64,000 nt of DNA from Candidatus Bathyarchaeota archaeon (lineage in GTDB: Archaea; Thermoproteota; CALKCG01; B24; DRYS01): NCBI GenBank assembly GCA_018396535.1, contig JAGTQC010000004.1, positions 11,418 through 75,417 of the forward strand, read 5' to 3'. The translations under genes were made by a program, and so were the position numbers. This document shows positions 29,633-38,373 of the stretch, in pieces. The notes below the pieces were generated by a model. The model was not told the DNA's origin, searched no databases, and saw nothing but the letters and a program-made list of their open reading frames with translations. Position 1 is the stretch's first letter. The number at the start of each line of letters is the position of its first letter.

Positions 29633-31099
29633 TTGCGTATACTAGCCGTAGATATAGGGACTGGTAGTATTAAAGCTGCGATATTCGAGGATAACTTTAA
29701 GTTATCGTCTATAGCTAGGGTTGAGCTTGAAGTAGGTGCTGAGCAGGATCCAGAAGCGATGTATAAAGGCTTCTTGGAAGCTTGTAGATCCGTATCTAGA
29801 GATTCTAAGCTTAGGTTTATAGATGCGTTAGTCTTAAGCGGGCAGATGCATGGCCTCGTATGTATAGGTGTAGATGGTAAGCCTCTGACAATGCTTCATA
29901 CGTACATCGATACTAGGCCAGCGGAAGCCGTTAAATTCATGGAAGAGAGGATTGATGGGTATAGATTGTATACCGAGACTGGATGCCCCCCTCTATTCAT
30001 ATACCCCCTAGCTAAACTTTTATGGTTTAAACTATCTAAGCCTAGTATATTCAACTCTACTAGATGGTTTCTATCAGCTAAAGACTACGTCGTATATAGG
30101 CTTATAGGTGAGCCGTACATCGATAGATCTACGGCTTCTGGTAGTCAACTTCTTAATATACATAGCTTAAGCTGGAATGATGAATCTCTAGAGCTGGTAG
30201 GGATGGATGAATCAAAGCTGTCTAGATTATGTGATGGAGAGAAGCCTCTCATAGAGCTACCTAGAAGTATAGCTTTAAGCCTAGGCTTAGATTGTAATCC
30301 CCCCATCTTCCTCGGCGCATCTGATGGGGCCCTACATAGCTTAGGTGTAGGCGCGGTATCAGATGGTATAGCGGCTATTAACCTAGGTACTAGCGGAGCG
30401 TTTAGGCTATCTTCAGATAGGCCGGTAGTAGATAGATCTAGGAGTATGCGTTTCTTCTGCTATTATCTAGGCTATGGTATATGGATACCTGGCGGCGCCG
30501 TCAATAACGCTGGCTTATGTCTCAGATGGTTCAGGGATAGTATACTAGGCTCACGCCATAGTTACGAGGATCTGATAAGGGAGGCTGAATCGGTAGATCT
30601 AGATCGATTAAACCCTCTAATCCTACCATTCCTATCCGGTGAGAGATTTCCTATCAGAGATCCGTATGCTAAAGCGTTATTCTTCGGCTTAACTATAGAT
30701 CATCGTAGAGGGCATATCGTTCGAGCTTTAATGGAGGCTCCGATCTACACATTGAGATGGATAGCTGACTCTATGAGTGAGAATATGCTTAACGCTAGAG
30801 TTGCACGTATAGGTGGCGGTGGATCCTCATCAAAATTATGGAGGAGGATATGCTCAGGCATCCTTAATCTAAGGATAGAATATGTAGGGTTCGAAGAATC
30901 ATCGCTCATGGGAGCGGCTATAATGGCTGCGCTAGGATTAGGATACTACAGCTCCATAGATGAGGCTTTAGATAAAGCTATTAATATAATGGATGCTGAT
31001 GATCCAGTACCGAATGAGGTTGAAGTATACGAAGAGCGTTATAGACTATATCGTAGCCTATATGAATCAGTATCCCGCTACCACCCCCTTCTAACATAA
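29633..31099 (+). CDS. FGGY-family carbohydrate kinase (gluconokinase-like)
   Basis: DIGTGSIK, SGQMHG, GASDGAL, INLGTSGA.R, PFLSGER.P and GGG. Confidence 0.88.
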   Translation: MRILAVDIGTGSIKAAIFEDNFKLSSIARVELEVGAEQDPEAMYKGFLEACRSVSRDSKLRFIDALVLSGQMHGLVCIGVDGKPLTMLHTYIDTRPAEAVKFMEERIDGYRLYTETGCPPLFIYPLAKLLWFKLSKPSIFNSTRWFLSAKDYVVYRLIGEPYIDRSTASGSQLLNIHSLSWNDESLELVGMDESKLSRLCDGEKPLIELPRSIALSLGLDCNPPIFLGASDGALHSLGVGAVSDGIAAINLGTSGAFRLSSDRPVVDRSRSMRFFCYYLGYGIWIPGGAVNNAGLCLRWFRDSILGSRHSYEDLIREAESVDLDRLNPLILPFLSGERFPIRDPYAKALFFGLTIDHRRGHIVRALMEAPIYTLRWIADSMSENMLNARVARIGGGGSSSKLWRRICSGILNLRIEYVGFEESSLMGAAIMAALGLGYYSSIDEALDKAINIMDADDPVPNEVEVYEERYRLYRSLYESVSRYHPLLT

Positions 31100-31146
31100 A
31101 GTTTTTCCTGTGAATCTATCTTCGATATCCTAGCGGTGTTAAGTCG

Positions 31147-32136
31147 TTGACTCGTATAGCTATCCTATCCTCGAGTTTCGGTGTATATACGCCTGAAGCG
31201 GTTGAGAGACTCAGATCTATAGCAGAAGTCGTTAGGATAGAGTTGAAGGGTAGAAGCCTATCTGAGGATGAATCGATCGAAATCCTAAGAGGCTTCGATA
31301 TACTTATACTAGGTGGTGGATGTATCGTAACCGAGAGGGTTCTACGTGAAACAGGACTTAAAGTCGTAGCTAGGCATGGTGTAGGTCTCGATAATGTAGA
31401 TGTGGAAGCTGCTACAAAGCTAGGTGTCCCCGTACTATATACACCTCACGCTAATTCTAGAGCAGTTGCCGAGCATACGTTTGCTTTGATACTCTCCCTC
31501 TCACGTAGGATAACGTTAGCTCATGAATACGTTAGGAGATTACGCGCTTCTCCACCTAAACTCATAGGATTCGAACTTGAAGGTAAGAAGCTAGGTGTAA
31601 TAGGGTTCGGTGCTATAGGTAGACTCGTAGCAGGTATCGGTAAAGGCTTCGGTATGTTAATCTTAGTCTACGATCCATACGTGGATCCCAAGATTATAGA
31701 GGATTATGGATGTAGACCAGTAGATCTAGAGACGCTTCTTAGAGAATCGGATATAGTTACGATACATGTCCCTCTAACCAGGGAGACCTACCATATGATA
31801 GGTGAAAGGGAGCTTAAACTCATGAAGCCTACCGCCCTTATAGTAAATACATCTAGAGGCGCTGTTATAGATGAATCCATTCTAGTTAAAGCTCTAAGAG
31901 AGGGGTGGATAGCAGGTGCAGCTCTAGATGTATTCGAAGAGGAACCTTTAAAACCTGAAAACCCGCTCCTATCTATGGATAACGTAGTAGCTACACCTCA
32001 TATAGCCTTTCTGACGGTGGAATCTGTAAGAAGGATGGATACCATGCTCGTAGAAGATATAGAGAGAATACTTTCAGGTAGGAAACCTCTAAGGATAGCG
32101 AATCCAAAAGTCTTAGAGAAACTACCCCTTATCTAA
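31147..32136 (+). CDS. D-isomer-specific 2-hydroxyacid dehydrogenase (phosphoglycerate dehydrogenase-like)
   Basis: ARHGVGLDNVD, AVAEH, GFGAIG, NTSRG, ALDVFEEEP and TPHIA. Confidence 0.92.
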   Translation: MTRIAILSSSFGVYTPEAVERLRSIAEVVRIELKGRSLSEDESIEILRGFDILILGGGCIVTERVLRETGLKVVARHGVGLDNVDVEAATKLGVPVLYTPHANSRAVAEHTFALILSLSRRITLAHEYVRRLRASPPKLIGFELEGKKLGVIGFGAIGRLVAGIGKGFGMLILVYDPYVDPKIIEDYGCRPVDLETLLRESDIVTIHVPLTRETYHMIGERELKLMKPTALIVNTSRGAVIDESILVKALREGWIAGAALDVFEEEPLKPENPLLSMDNVVATPHIAFLTVESVRRMDTMLVEDIERILSGRKPLRIANPKVLEKLPLI

Positions 32137-32152
32137 ACTCGGATATATACAG

Positions 32153-32434
32153 CTATACTTCCTGTTTAACAGTTGTTTTCAACATATCATCTATCTCTTT
32201 AAGCTTTAGCGCTACCTGTCTTCCAAGCTCTGTTAACTTAAATGCTTTCCGAGCCCCCTCCGCCTCTTCTTCGATAAGCCCCATCTTAATCAGAGGTATT
32301 AGGCTCCTATAGAACGTACTATACCCTATATTCAATCGTCTAGCATCGCTAACTATGACTTTTTCTTGTGTTAGTAGGAATAATAGTATTGTTACACCGT
32401 GTCTACTGATATCTTCTATCAACTTACTTCTCAC
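32153..32434 (-). CDS. Small winged-helix DNA-binding protein
   Basis: YSTFYRSL..LIKMGLIEE...RK.FKLTELGR. Confidence 0.75.
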   Translation of the reverse strand: MRSKLIEDISRHGVTILLFLLTQEKVIVSDARRLNIGYSTFYRSLIPLIKMGLIEEEAEGARKAFKLTELGRQVALKLKEIDDMLKTTVKQEV

Positions 32435-32521
32435 CTACTCATCTTCTATTGATGTTTTTGGTCTATATAAACTTTAAGAAAGAGTTTAAATAGATCTAAT
32501 AGCTTTATTTAAAATTTGATA

Positions 32522-33886
32522 TTAAGCATTAATAAAGGTTTTTACAGTTACTTCAATAAAAATTCTTTTCGATTTATATAACCATTCTCTAAATCCATCT
32601 ACATCTACAGGATATTCCTCATAAAGCTTCCTAACCTCATGCATAATCTTAACCGCTCTCCTAAACTTACGTAGAAGCTCTATCCTACCTAAACCCTTAG
32701 CAAACCTCTTAAGTTTCTCTAGAAAACCAGCCTCTACTCTACCATACATACTCGCTTTAAGTATATCTTCCTCTGATAGAAGCCTAACCGACATACCGTA
32801 GTCTATATCTTCATCTGATAAACTTTGTAGAAACATCCTCAATACGTCTAAAGATGCTTGCTTAGCTCCATAACTTCTCATATACCTTACATTATACATC
32901 CATAAATCTCTAGCAGTCATCGATCCTCGATCATACGCCTCAAGTATCGCTTCAGCAGCTAACCTACCTGCATACATTGATGGCCCTATCCCTCCTCCAT
33001 GTATAGGGTTAACCTGGCATGCAGAATCACCTACAAGTATAAGCCCATCGGCTACGAGGCTTGATAAAGGTCGCCGCGTAGGTACCAGCCCTCCTCCACT
33101 GTTTATAATATCCTCGCTTACGCCCTTAACTGTATATAGAAACTTGTAGAATAGCATCTTAGGATTAGGATATCCACGTCCACATTGAACACCTACACCT
33201 ATGTTAGCCGTCCCATCACTTCTAGGAAACAGCCACGCGTAACCACCCGGAGCATAAACTCTGCTAAGATAGATCTCTCCATAATTATAATCGTAGTATT
33301 CACCCTCGATTAACCTAATCTCTCTATAGGTAGCTTGAATATCCTCGGGTTTAACATCCCTCTCCGGTAGGAAGCCTTCAGGTAGGCATCTTCTCAATAC
33401 TGCCGTAGCTCCGCTTGCATCTACGATAACCCTCCCCCTAAATTCTATACTACCATCCATATGCTTCGCTGTAACCCCTACAACCCTTCTACCATCGATT
33501 ATCGGTTTAAGGACTCTAGTCGAATCGTATAGCTCTACACCCCTTCTTAAAGCCTCTTTAAGTAGGATCTGACCAAATTCGTAACGCTTCAACATGAAGC
33601 CTGATACACCCTCTCCTACTATCTCGAACACCGTGGACCTACTAGGAGAGTATATTCTCATACCTTTAACTTCGTTTATTATAGCATTCCAGGGATAAGG
33701 TAAGCTTAAGTTATCGAAGTGGTGTCTACCGATGGCATCACCGCATACCTTCCTACCTATATCCTCCTCCTTCTTAACATCTACTATACATACCTTTAAT
33801 CCATTCTTAGCTGTAAATAACGCTGTAGAACACCCTCCAGTTCCGGCACCTACTATCACAACGTCGTATACCTTGCTAGACTCCAT
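32522..33886 (-). CDS. Digeranylgeranylglycerophospholipid (geranylgeranyl) reductase
   Basis: VGAGTGG, KVCGDAI, APGGYAWLFP, GDSACQVNPIHGGGI. Confidence 0.9.
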   Translation of the reverse strand: MESSKVYDVVIVGAGTGGCSTALFTAKNGLKVCIVDVKKEEDIGRKVCGDAIGRHHFDNLSLPYPWNAIINEVKGMRIYSPSRSTVFEIVGEGVSGFMLKRYEFGQILLKEALRRGVELYDSTRVLKPIIDGRRVVGVTAKHMDGSIEFRGRVIVDASGATAVLRRCLPEGFLPERDVKPEDIQATYREIRLIEGEYYDYNYGEIYLSRVYAPGGYAWLFPRSDGTANIGVGVQCGRGYPNPKMLFYKFLYTVKGVSEDIINSGGGLVPTRRPLSSLVADGLILVGDSACQVNPIHGGGIGPSMYAGRLAAEAILEAYDRGSMTARDLWMYNVRYMRSYGAKQASLDVLRMFLQSLSDEDIDYGMSVRLLSEEDILKASMYGRVEAGFLEKLKRFAKGLGRIELLRKFRRAVKIMHEVRKLYEEYPVDVDGFREWLYKSKRIFIEVTVKTFINA

Positions 33887-33892
33887 ATTATC

Positions 33893-34372
33893 TCACCTAT
33901 GTAGTATTCTACCTTCAGAATCTATCTCACCCATCTTTATCCTCCTCGATGATATAGGTTCTCCATCATCAGCTAGGACGAATGGTACGATAACTATACT
34001 TAAAGGCTTTAACCCCTTAGAAGCTCTTATACTATTTATCTCTTCAGCTCTAGGTCTAGTCTCCTCCGTTACGAATATAGCTTCAAGCTCCGCCATATCG
34101 GCGGCTACACCGTATACATCATCGAGTTTAACTATACTATAACGCTCCTTATACATGGAATCTAGGTATGCTCTAAGCCTCTTCTCCCTACACCTGTACG
34201 GTGAAACATTGTAGGGTTTATTAAGCTTCGAAGCAAGCTCATCTGAAGTTAACCCTATGAGGACGTGGTCAGATTGTTTGAAGGCTTCATCGAGTAGTTT
34301 TTTATGTCCTGCATGTATTGTTTCGAATGTGCCGCCTACACATGCTAATCTAAACAATCTTCCATACCCCAT
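33893..34372 (-). CDS. coaD: Archaeal phosphopantetheine adenylyltransferase
   Basis: VGGTFE.IHAGHKKLL, GLTSDE, VTEET and PISSRRI..GEID. Confidence 0.92.
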   Translation of the reverse strand: MGYGRLFRLACVGGTFETIHAGHKKLLDEAFKQSDHVLIGLTSDELASKLNKPYNVSPYRCREKRLRAYLDSMYKERYSIVKLDDVYGVAADMAELEAIFVTEETRPRAEEINSIRASKGLKPLSIVIVPFVLADDGEPISSRRIKMGEIDSEGRILHR

Positions 34373-34388
34373 CGGTTATACACCTAAC

Positions 34389-34898
34389 CTATATTATCTT
34401 CATAAGCTCCTCCTTAGACCTTCTATCCATCTTCTCGTAATCTTCTATCAGATAGATATTCTCATCGATATCAACTATGACTATCTTATTATCGATTCTA
34501 TACACGTTTCTCCTACCTATTATCTTGAACGTTCTATCACCTTTATCAGTATTAACCCTGCATATATAGTATTCGCCTGTATACGTTATATCGTATACGC
34601 GTATAATCGAGGGTACGAAATATCTTCTATCAAGTATACGTTCTAATAGCCTTCTCTGATCCTCCTTAAGCTTACGCATATCTCTAACTACACATATATC
34701 TTCATGAGTTATAGAGGATCTAAATAGAACATAGTATGGGTTTGATAAAGGAAACGGTTTAATAGGTTCTACATCATCATACCGTTCTCCATCAATATAT
34801 ATGGTTAGCAAATCCTTCTCCTTATCGTATTCTATCTCTATCCTATCCGGGTCTACTATACGGAAGGCTATCCTAGCATAATCCTTAATACTGCTCAT
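34389..34898 (-). CDS. DUF1854 domain protein
   Basis: PFPLSNP..Y, L.RRYFVP.I..V, V.TDKG.R.F and I.D.D.N.Y.I..Y..MD..S. Confidence 0.8.
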   Translation of the reverse strand: MSSIKDYARIAFRIVDPDRIEIEYDKEKDLLTIYIDGERYDDVEPIKPFPLSNPYYVLFRSSITHEDICVVRDMRKLKEDQRRLLERILDRRYFVPSIIRVYDITYTGEYYICRVNTDKGDRTFKIIGRRNVYRIDNKIVIVDIDENIYLIEDYEKMDRRSKEELMKII

Positions 34899-37016
34899 CT
34901 ACGGGTTCACCGGGGTTTCGATAGGTTTCTCCTGGAATTGCGTATTCCAGAGTTTAGCATATAACCCGTTTTTCGCGAGCAGTTCTTCATGAGTACCTAT
35001 CTCGACTATCTCACCCTTATCGAGAACTATCAGTTTATCTACATCCTTAACTGTGCTAAGTCTATGAGCTATTATAATCGTAGTCCTACCCCTAGCTATA
35101 TTATCTAACGCCTTCTTTATCCCATCCTCGGTTATGGTATCCACACTACTAGTAGCTTCATCTAATATAAGTATCTTAGGATCAGATATCACTGTTCTAG
35201 CTATAGCTATCCTCTGACGTTCACCCCCAGATAGCATGCCTCCCCCCTCACCGCACGGCGTATCATATCGTAGAGGTTTCTCTAGTATGAAGTCGTGTGC
35301 TAAAGCTATCTTAGCCGCAGCCATAACCTCTTCTGGTGTAGCATCAGGCTTACCGTAGCGTATATTGTTAAATATGGAATCGTTGAATAACCTCGGATCC
35401 TGGCTTACTATACCTATCTGTCTCCTTAAGCTCTCTATCCTTATATCCCTTATATCGACTCCATCTAAGAGTATCCTACCCCTACTTACATCGTAGAATC
35501 TTAGTAGTAGCTTGGTTATAGTCGTCTTGCCGCTGCCTGTAGGCCCAACTATGCCTACTTTCTCTCCAGGCTTTATCTCAAAGTTTATATTCTTCAATAC
35601 ATTGGTGTAGGGGGTATAGCCAAACCATACATTCTCGAACTTTATCCACCCCCTAATATCTAGATCAATACTCTTAGGTGAATCCTTTATACTCGGCTCC
35701 ATAGACATTAGGCTTTGAATCCTCTCCGCGGCTGTACTAGCTCTCTTCATAGGTTCAACCATACTTATAAGCGTCTGTATCGGCCCGTAGAACTGGCTTA
35801 CATAGGATATGAAAGCTGAAAGTACCCCTAAAGTTATCCTTCCTCCTAGAACTTCTAATCCTCCAACCCACCATATGATAGCTGTAGCCGATGATATCGC
35901 GAAGCCTAACATAGGGAAGAATTTCAGGTTGAGTATTGTCGATTTTAAGCCTGCTTTAACGACTTCGTTCAACTTCGTCTTTAATCTATCTTCCTCGTAT
36001 CCCTCCATACAGTATGCCTTAACAACAGTAAACCCAGGTATAACATCTACTAGTAGTGCAGATACATCGGTAGACCTCCTCCACTCATAGTGGTAGACCC
36101 ATCTAGCCTTTCTACTAAACATGGATACACCCAAGATGAGTAGAGGTAGGGGTGCTGAAGCTATCATAGCTAGTCTCGGATCTAACGCGAATATCATCGT
36201 AGCTACTGATGCTAGCGATATTATGCTCCTTAAAAGCTGCTCCAACCCCCATGATAAGAACCAGTTCACCCTACTAGCATCATCGGTTATCCTAGATATG
36301 AGTCGACCAGACTCATATGTATCCAGTATATTCGGTTGGAACCGCATTATATGCTTAAACAAGTTAACCCTTATAGAATACATAACTTTAAGGCTTACAT
36401 AGGATAACGTATAGCTACGCACCGCACCTAACATAGAGCTTAAGGCTTGTGTAACAACTATTATCACGATTATAACGATAAGCTGCTCCCTCCTCTGACC
36501 AAGGATAACATCATCGATCAATATCCTGAGATAGTATGGTGGTAATAGCCCTAGGAATATGCTAGCTATCCCAGATGCTATACCTAGAATTAGAGCTAGC
36601 TTATAAGGTAGAGCAAATCTTAAAACAAAGAGTAGGGGGGTCATTTTGAAACTGGTTCTCTCCTGCTCCCCTCTCTGATTACTGATAATCGCTCTCGTAG
36701 ATGATGCATTCTCTATAAGGTTGGCGGCTTCGTTAAACTCTCTTCTCAAACTCTTCGTAAACCTTATGAGATGCATAGCTCTTCCATCTTTAAGTATCAG
36801 CTTTAACTCGCTATTACCTACATAATCCACTATATTTACTGAGGATATAGATGATAGATCTATGGAGTTCACAATCCTACCCCTATCATCGCATACTATA
36901 CAACGTTTATTCGTGATGATAAGCTGGCTAACACCGTATCTTCCATCTACTCCTATATCGCTTTCAAACCTAGCTATTATACTCTCATCATCGCTTAAAT
37001 CTAAGTTAACCTCCAT
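34899..37016 (-). CDS. ABC exporter (TMD+NBD) with an extra ~120-aa N-terminal soluble domain
   Basis: N-terminal beta-rich region (ESDI..DG.YG...LIITNKR), a TMD, GPTGSGKT, LSGGERQR, ILDEAT and AHR. It abuts the DUF1854 gene. Confidence 0.9.
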   Translation of the reverse strand: MEVNLDLSDDESIIARFESDIGVDGRYGVSQLIITNKRCIVCDDRGRIVNSIDLSSISSVNIVDYVGNSELKLILKDGRAMHLIRFTKSLRREFNEAANLIENASSTRAIISNQRGEQERTSFKMTPLLFVLRFALPYKLALILGIASGIASIFLGLLPPYYLRILIDDVILGQRREQLIVIIVIIVVTQALSSMLGAVRSYTLSYVSLKVMYSIRVNLFKHIMRFQPNILDTYESGRLISRITDDASRVNWFLSWGLEQLLRSIISLASVATMIFALDPRLAMIASAPLPLLILGVSMFSRKARWVYHYEWRRSTDVSALLVDVIPGFTVVKAYCMEGYEEDRLKTKLNEVVKAGLKSTILNLKFFPMLGFAISSATAIIWWVGGLEVLGGRITLGVLSAFISYVSQFYGPIQTLISMVEPMKRASTAAERIQSLMSMEPSIKDSPKSIDLDIRGWIKFENVWFGYTPYTNVLKNINFEIKPGEKVGIVGPTGSGKTTITKLLLRFYDVSRGRILLDGVDIRDIRIESLRRQIGIVSQDPRLFNDSIFNNIRYGKPDATPEEVMAAAKIALAHDFILEKPLRYDTPCGEGGGMLSGGERQRIAIARTVISDPKILILDEATSSVDTITEDGIKKALDNIARGRTTIIIAHRLSTVKDVDKLIVLDKGEIVEIGTHEELLAKNGLYAKLWNTQFQEKPIETPVNP

Positions 37017-37125
37017 ACCAAGGATATAGACCGGAAGTACCTTGTCAGAATTAAAGTTTACGTACCTAGTTCAAGTAAACCTGGTAGTTAGCGTCGTATA
37101 AGTTAAATCGTAGACTTACGTACTT

Positions 37126-38301
37126 TCAACCCTCACCTTCGCAATATTCCTCTAGATCTAGTAAAGCTGACATATGTCTTGCAAACGCCTCGTATGGAGA
37201 CTCATATGGGCTGAAATACATGTGAACCATACCTGCCCCACCTCCTTTAACGCTTTGATAATATAGTAGATCGCTACACTGCAGCATCCTCCAAGCTTCT
37301 AAAGCCCCCCTATCGTTAGAAGATTTAACGATCGACTCCAGCCGTTCTATCCGGTTGAAGCATAATCTTTGCATATCGTTGCCTATCCATGCGGAGAGAT
37401 CTCTCTCTTCATCAGCCCACGATACCGGGTTGCTATCAGGGACCTCCACCTCATCTACCGGATGGTATTCATCTATTACCTGGCTTGGTGTCAAGAATCT
37501 TATACCTCGCTTAATAGCCTCCCTAGGTAGCCATGCTAGAAAATCCATTATACCAGTCTCTGCTGGATGATGCTCACCGAATGTCTCGTAATCCATGAAG
37601 ACTAGTACATACTGTCCACTACTCCTAGCTATCCACTCACTATACTTATCCGCTGTTAGGGGGTATTCCACCCAATCCCTAGCTGAGAATCTAAACCCTA
37701 TATCATCTGAAAGCCTGTAATTCCTAGTTAATATCCTCAAACTACTATCCTTAGCCTTGTATAGATAGTTAGGGCTCCTCCAATTCAACACTCTTTCAGC
37801 CCCCTCTGTTATAACAGCTTCGAATCCTAGACTCTCCGCTTCAACACCTATCGAATCGCTGTATATGAGTTCAGTATTCTCTAGTATCCTCGGCTTAATT
37901 CCGAATGCCTTTCTCATAATGTCTACATGCTTCTTAACTTGAAATCTAAATTCATCCTTCTCTTTATAGATCGATGCGAGGCTATGATAGTATGTTTGAG
38001 CTATGAATTCTACACATCCCGTATCAGCTAGTATCTGGAATGAATCTATAACCTCAGGCATCCACATCTCAGCTTGTTTGAGTAGGAGTCCTGAAATCGA
38101 GAATGCTACCTTAAACCGGCCGTCACTTTCCTCTATAATCTCCGATATTATCCTATTAGCTGGTAGATAGCATCTATAGGATACCCTCTCCAGCATCTTC
38201 CTATTAAGCTGATTATCGAAGTATCTATATGGTAGTCTACCCTTAAACCTGCGTCTAAGTCTAAAGGGTTGATGTACTTCGAAAACTAGGACTAAATCCA
38301 A
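37126..38301 (-). CDS. GH57 alpha-amylase-type glycoside hydrolase
   Basis: FEVHQPFRL, QTYYHSL, NTELIY (nucleophile Glu), LSDDIGFRFS, MDYETFGEH (acid/base Asp) and SWADEERD.SAW. Confidence 0.93.
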   Translation of the reverse strand: MDLVLVFEVHQPFRLRRRFKGRLPYRYFDNQLNRKMLERVSYRCYLPANRIISEIIEESDGRFKVAFSISGLLLKQAEMWMPEVIDSFQILADTGCVEFIAQTYYHSLASIYKEKDEFRFQVKKHVDIMRKAFGIKPRILENTELIYSDSIGVEAESLGFEAVITEGAERVLNWRSPNYLYKAKDSSLRILTRNYRLSDDIGFRFSARDWVEYPLTADKYSEWIARSSGQYVLVFMDYETFGEHHPAETGIMDFLAWLPREAIKRGIRFLTPSQVIDEYHPVDEVEVPDSNPVSWADEERDLSAWIGNDMQRLCFNRIERLESIVKSSNDRGALEAWRMLQCSDLLYYQSVKGGGAGMVHMYFSPYESPYEAFARHMSALLDLEEYCEGEG

Positions 38302-38373
38302 TAATGATCCACCCTCTACCGTTAACTCCTATAGAAAGTTTATTTTATGCATTCATCATAAAACTTTTACGAG

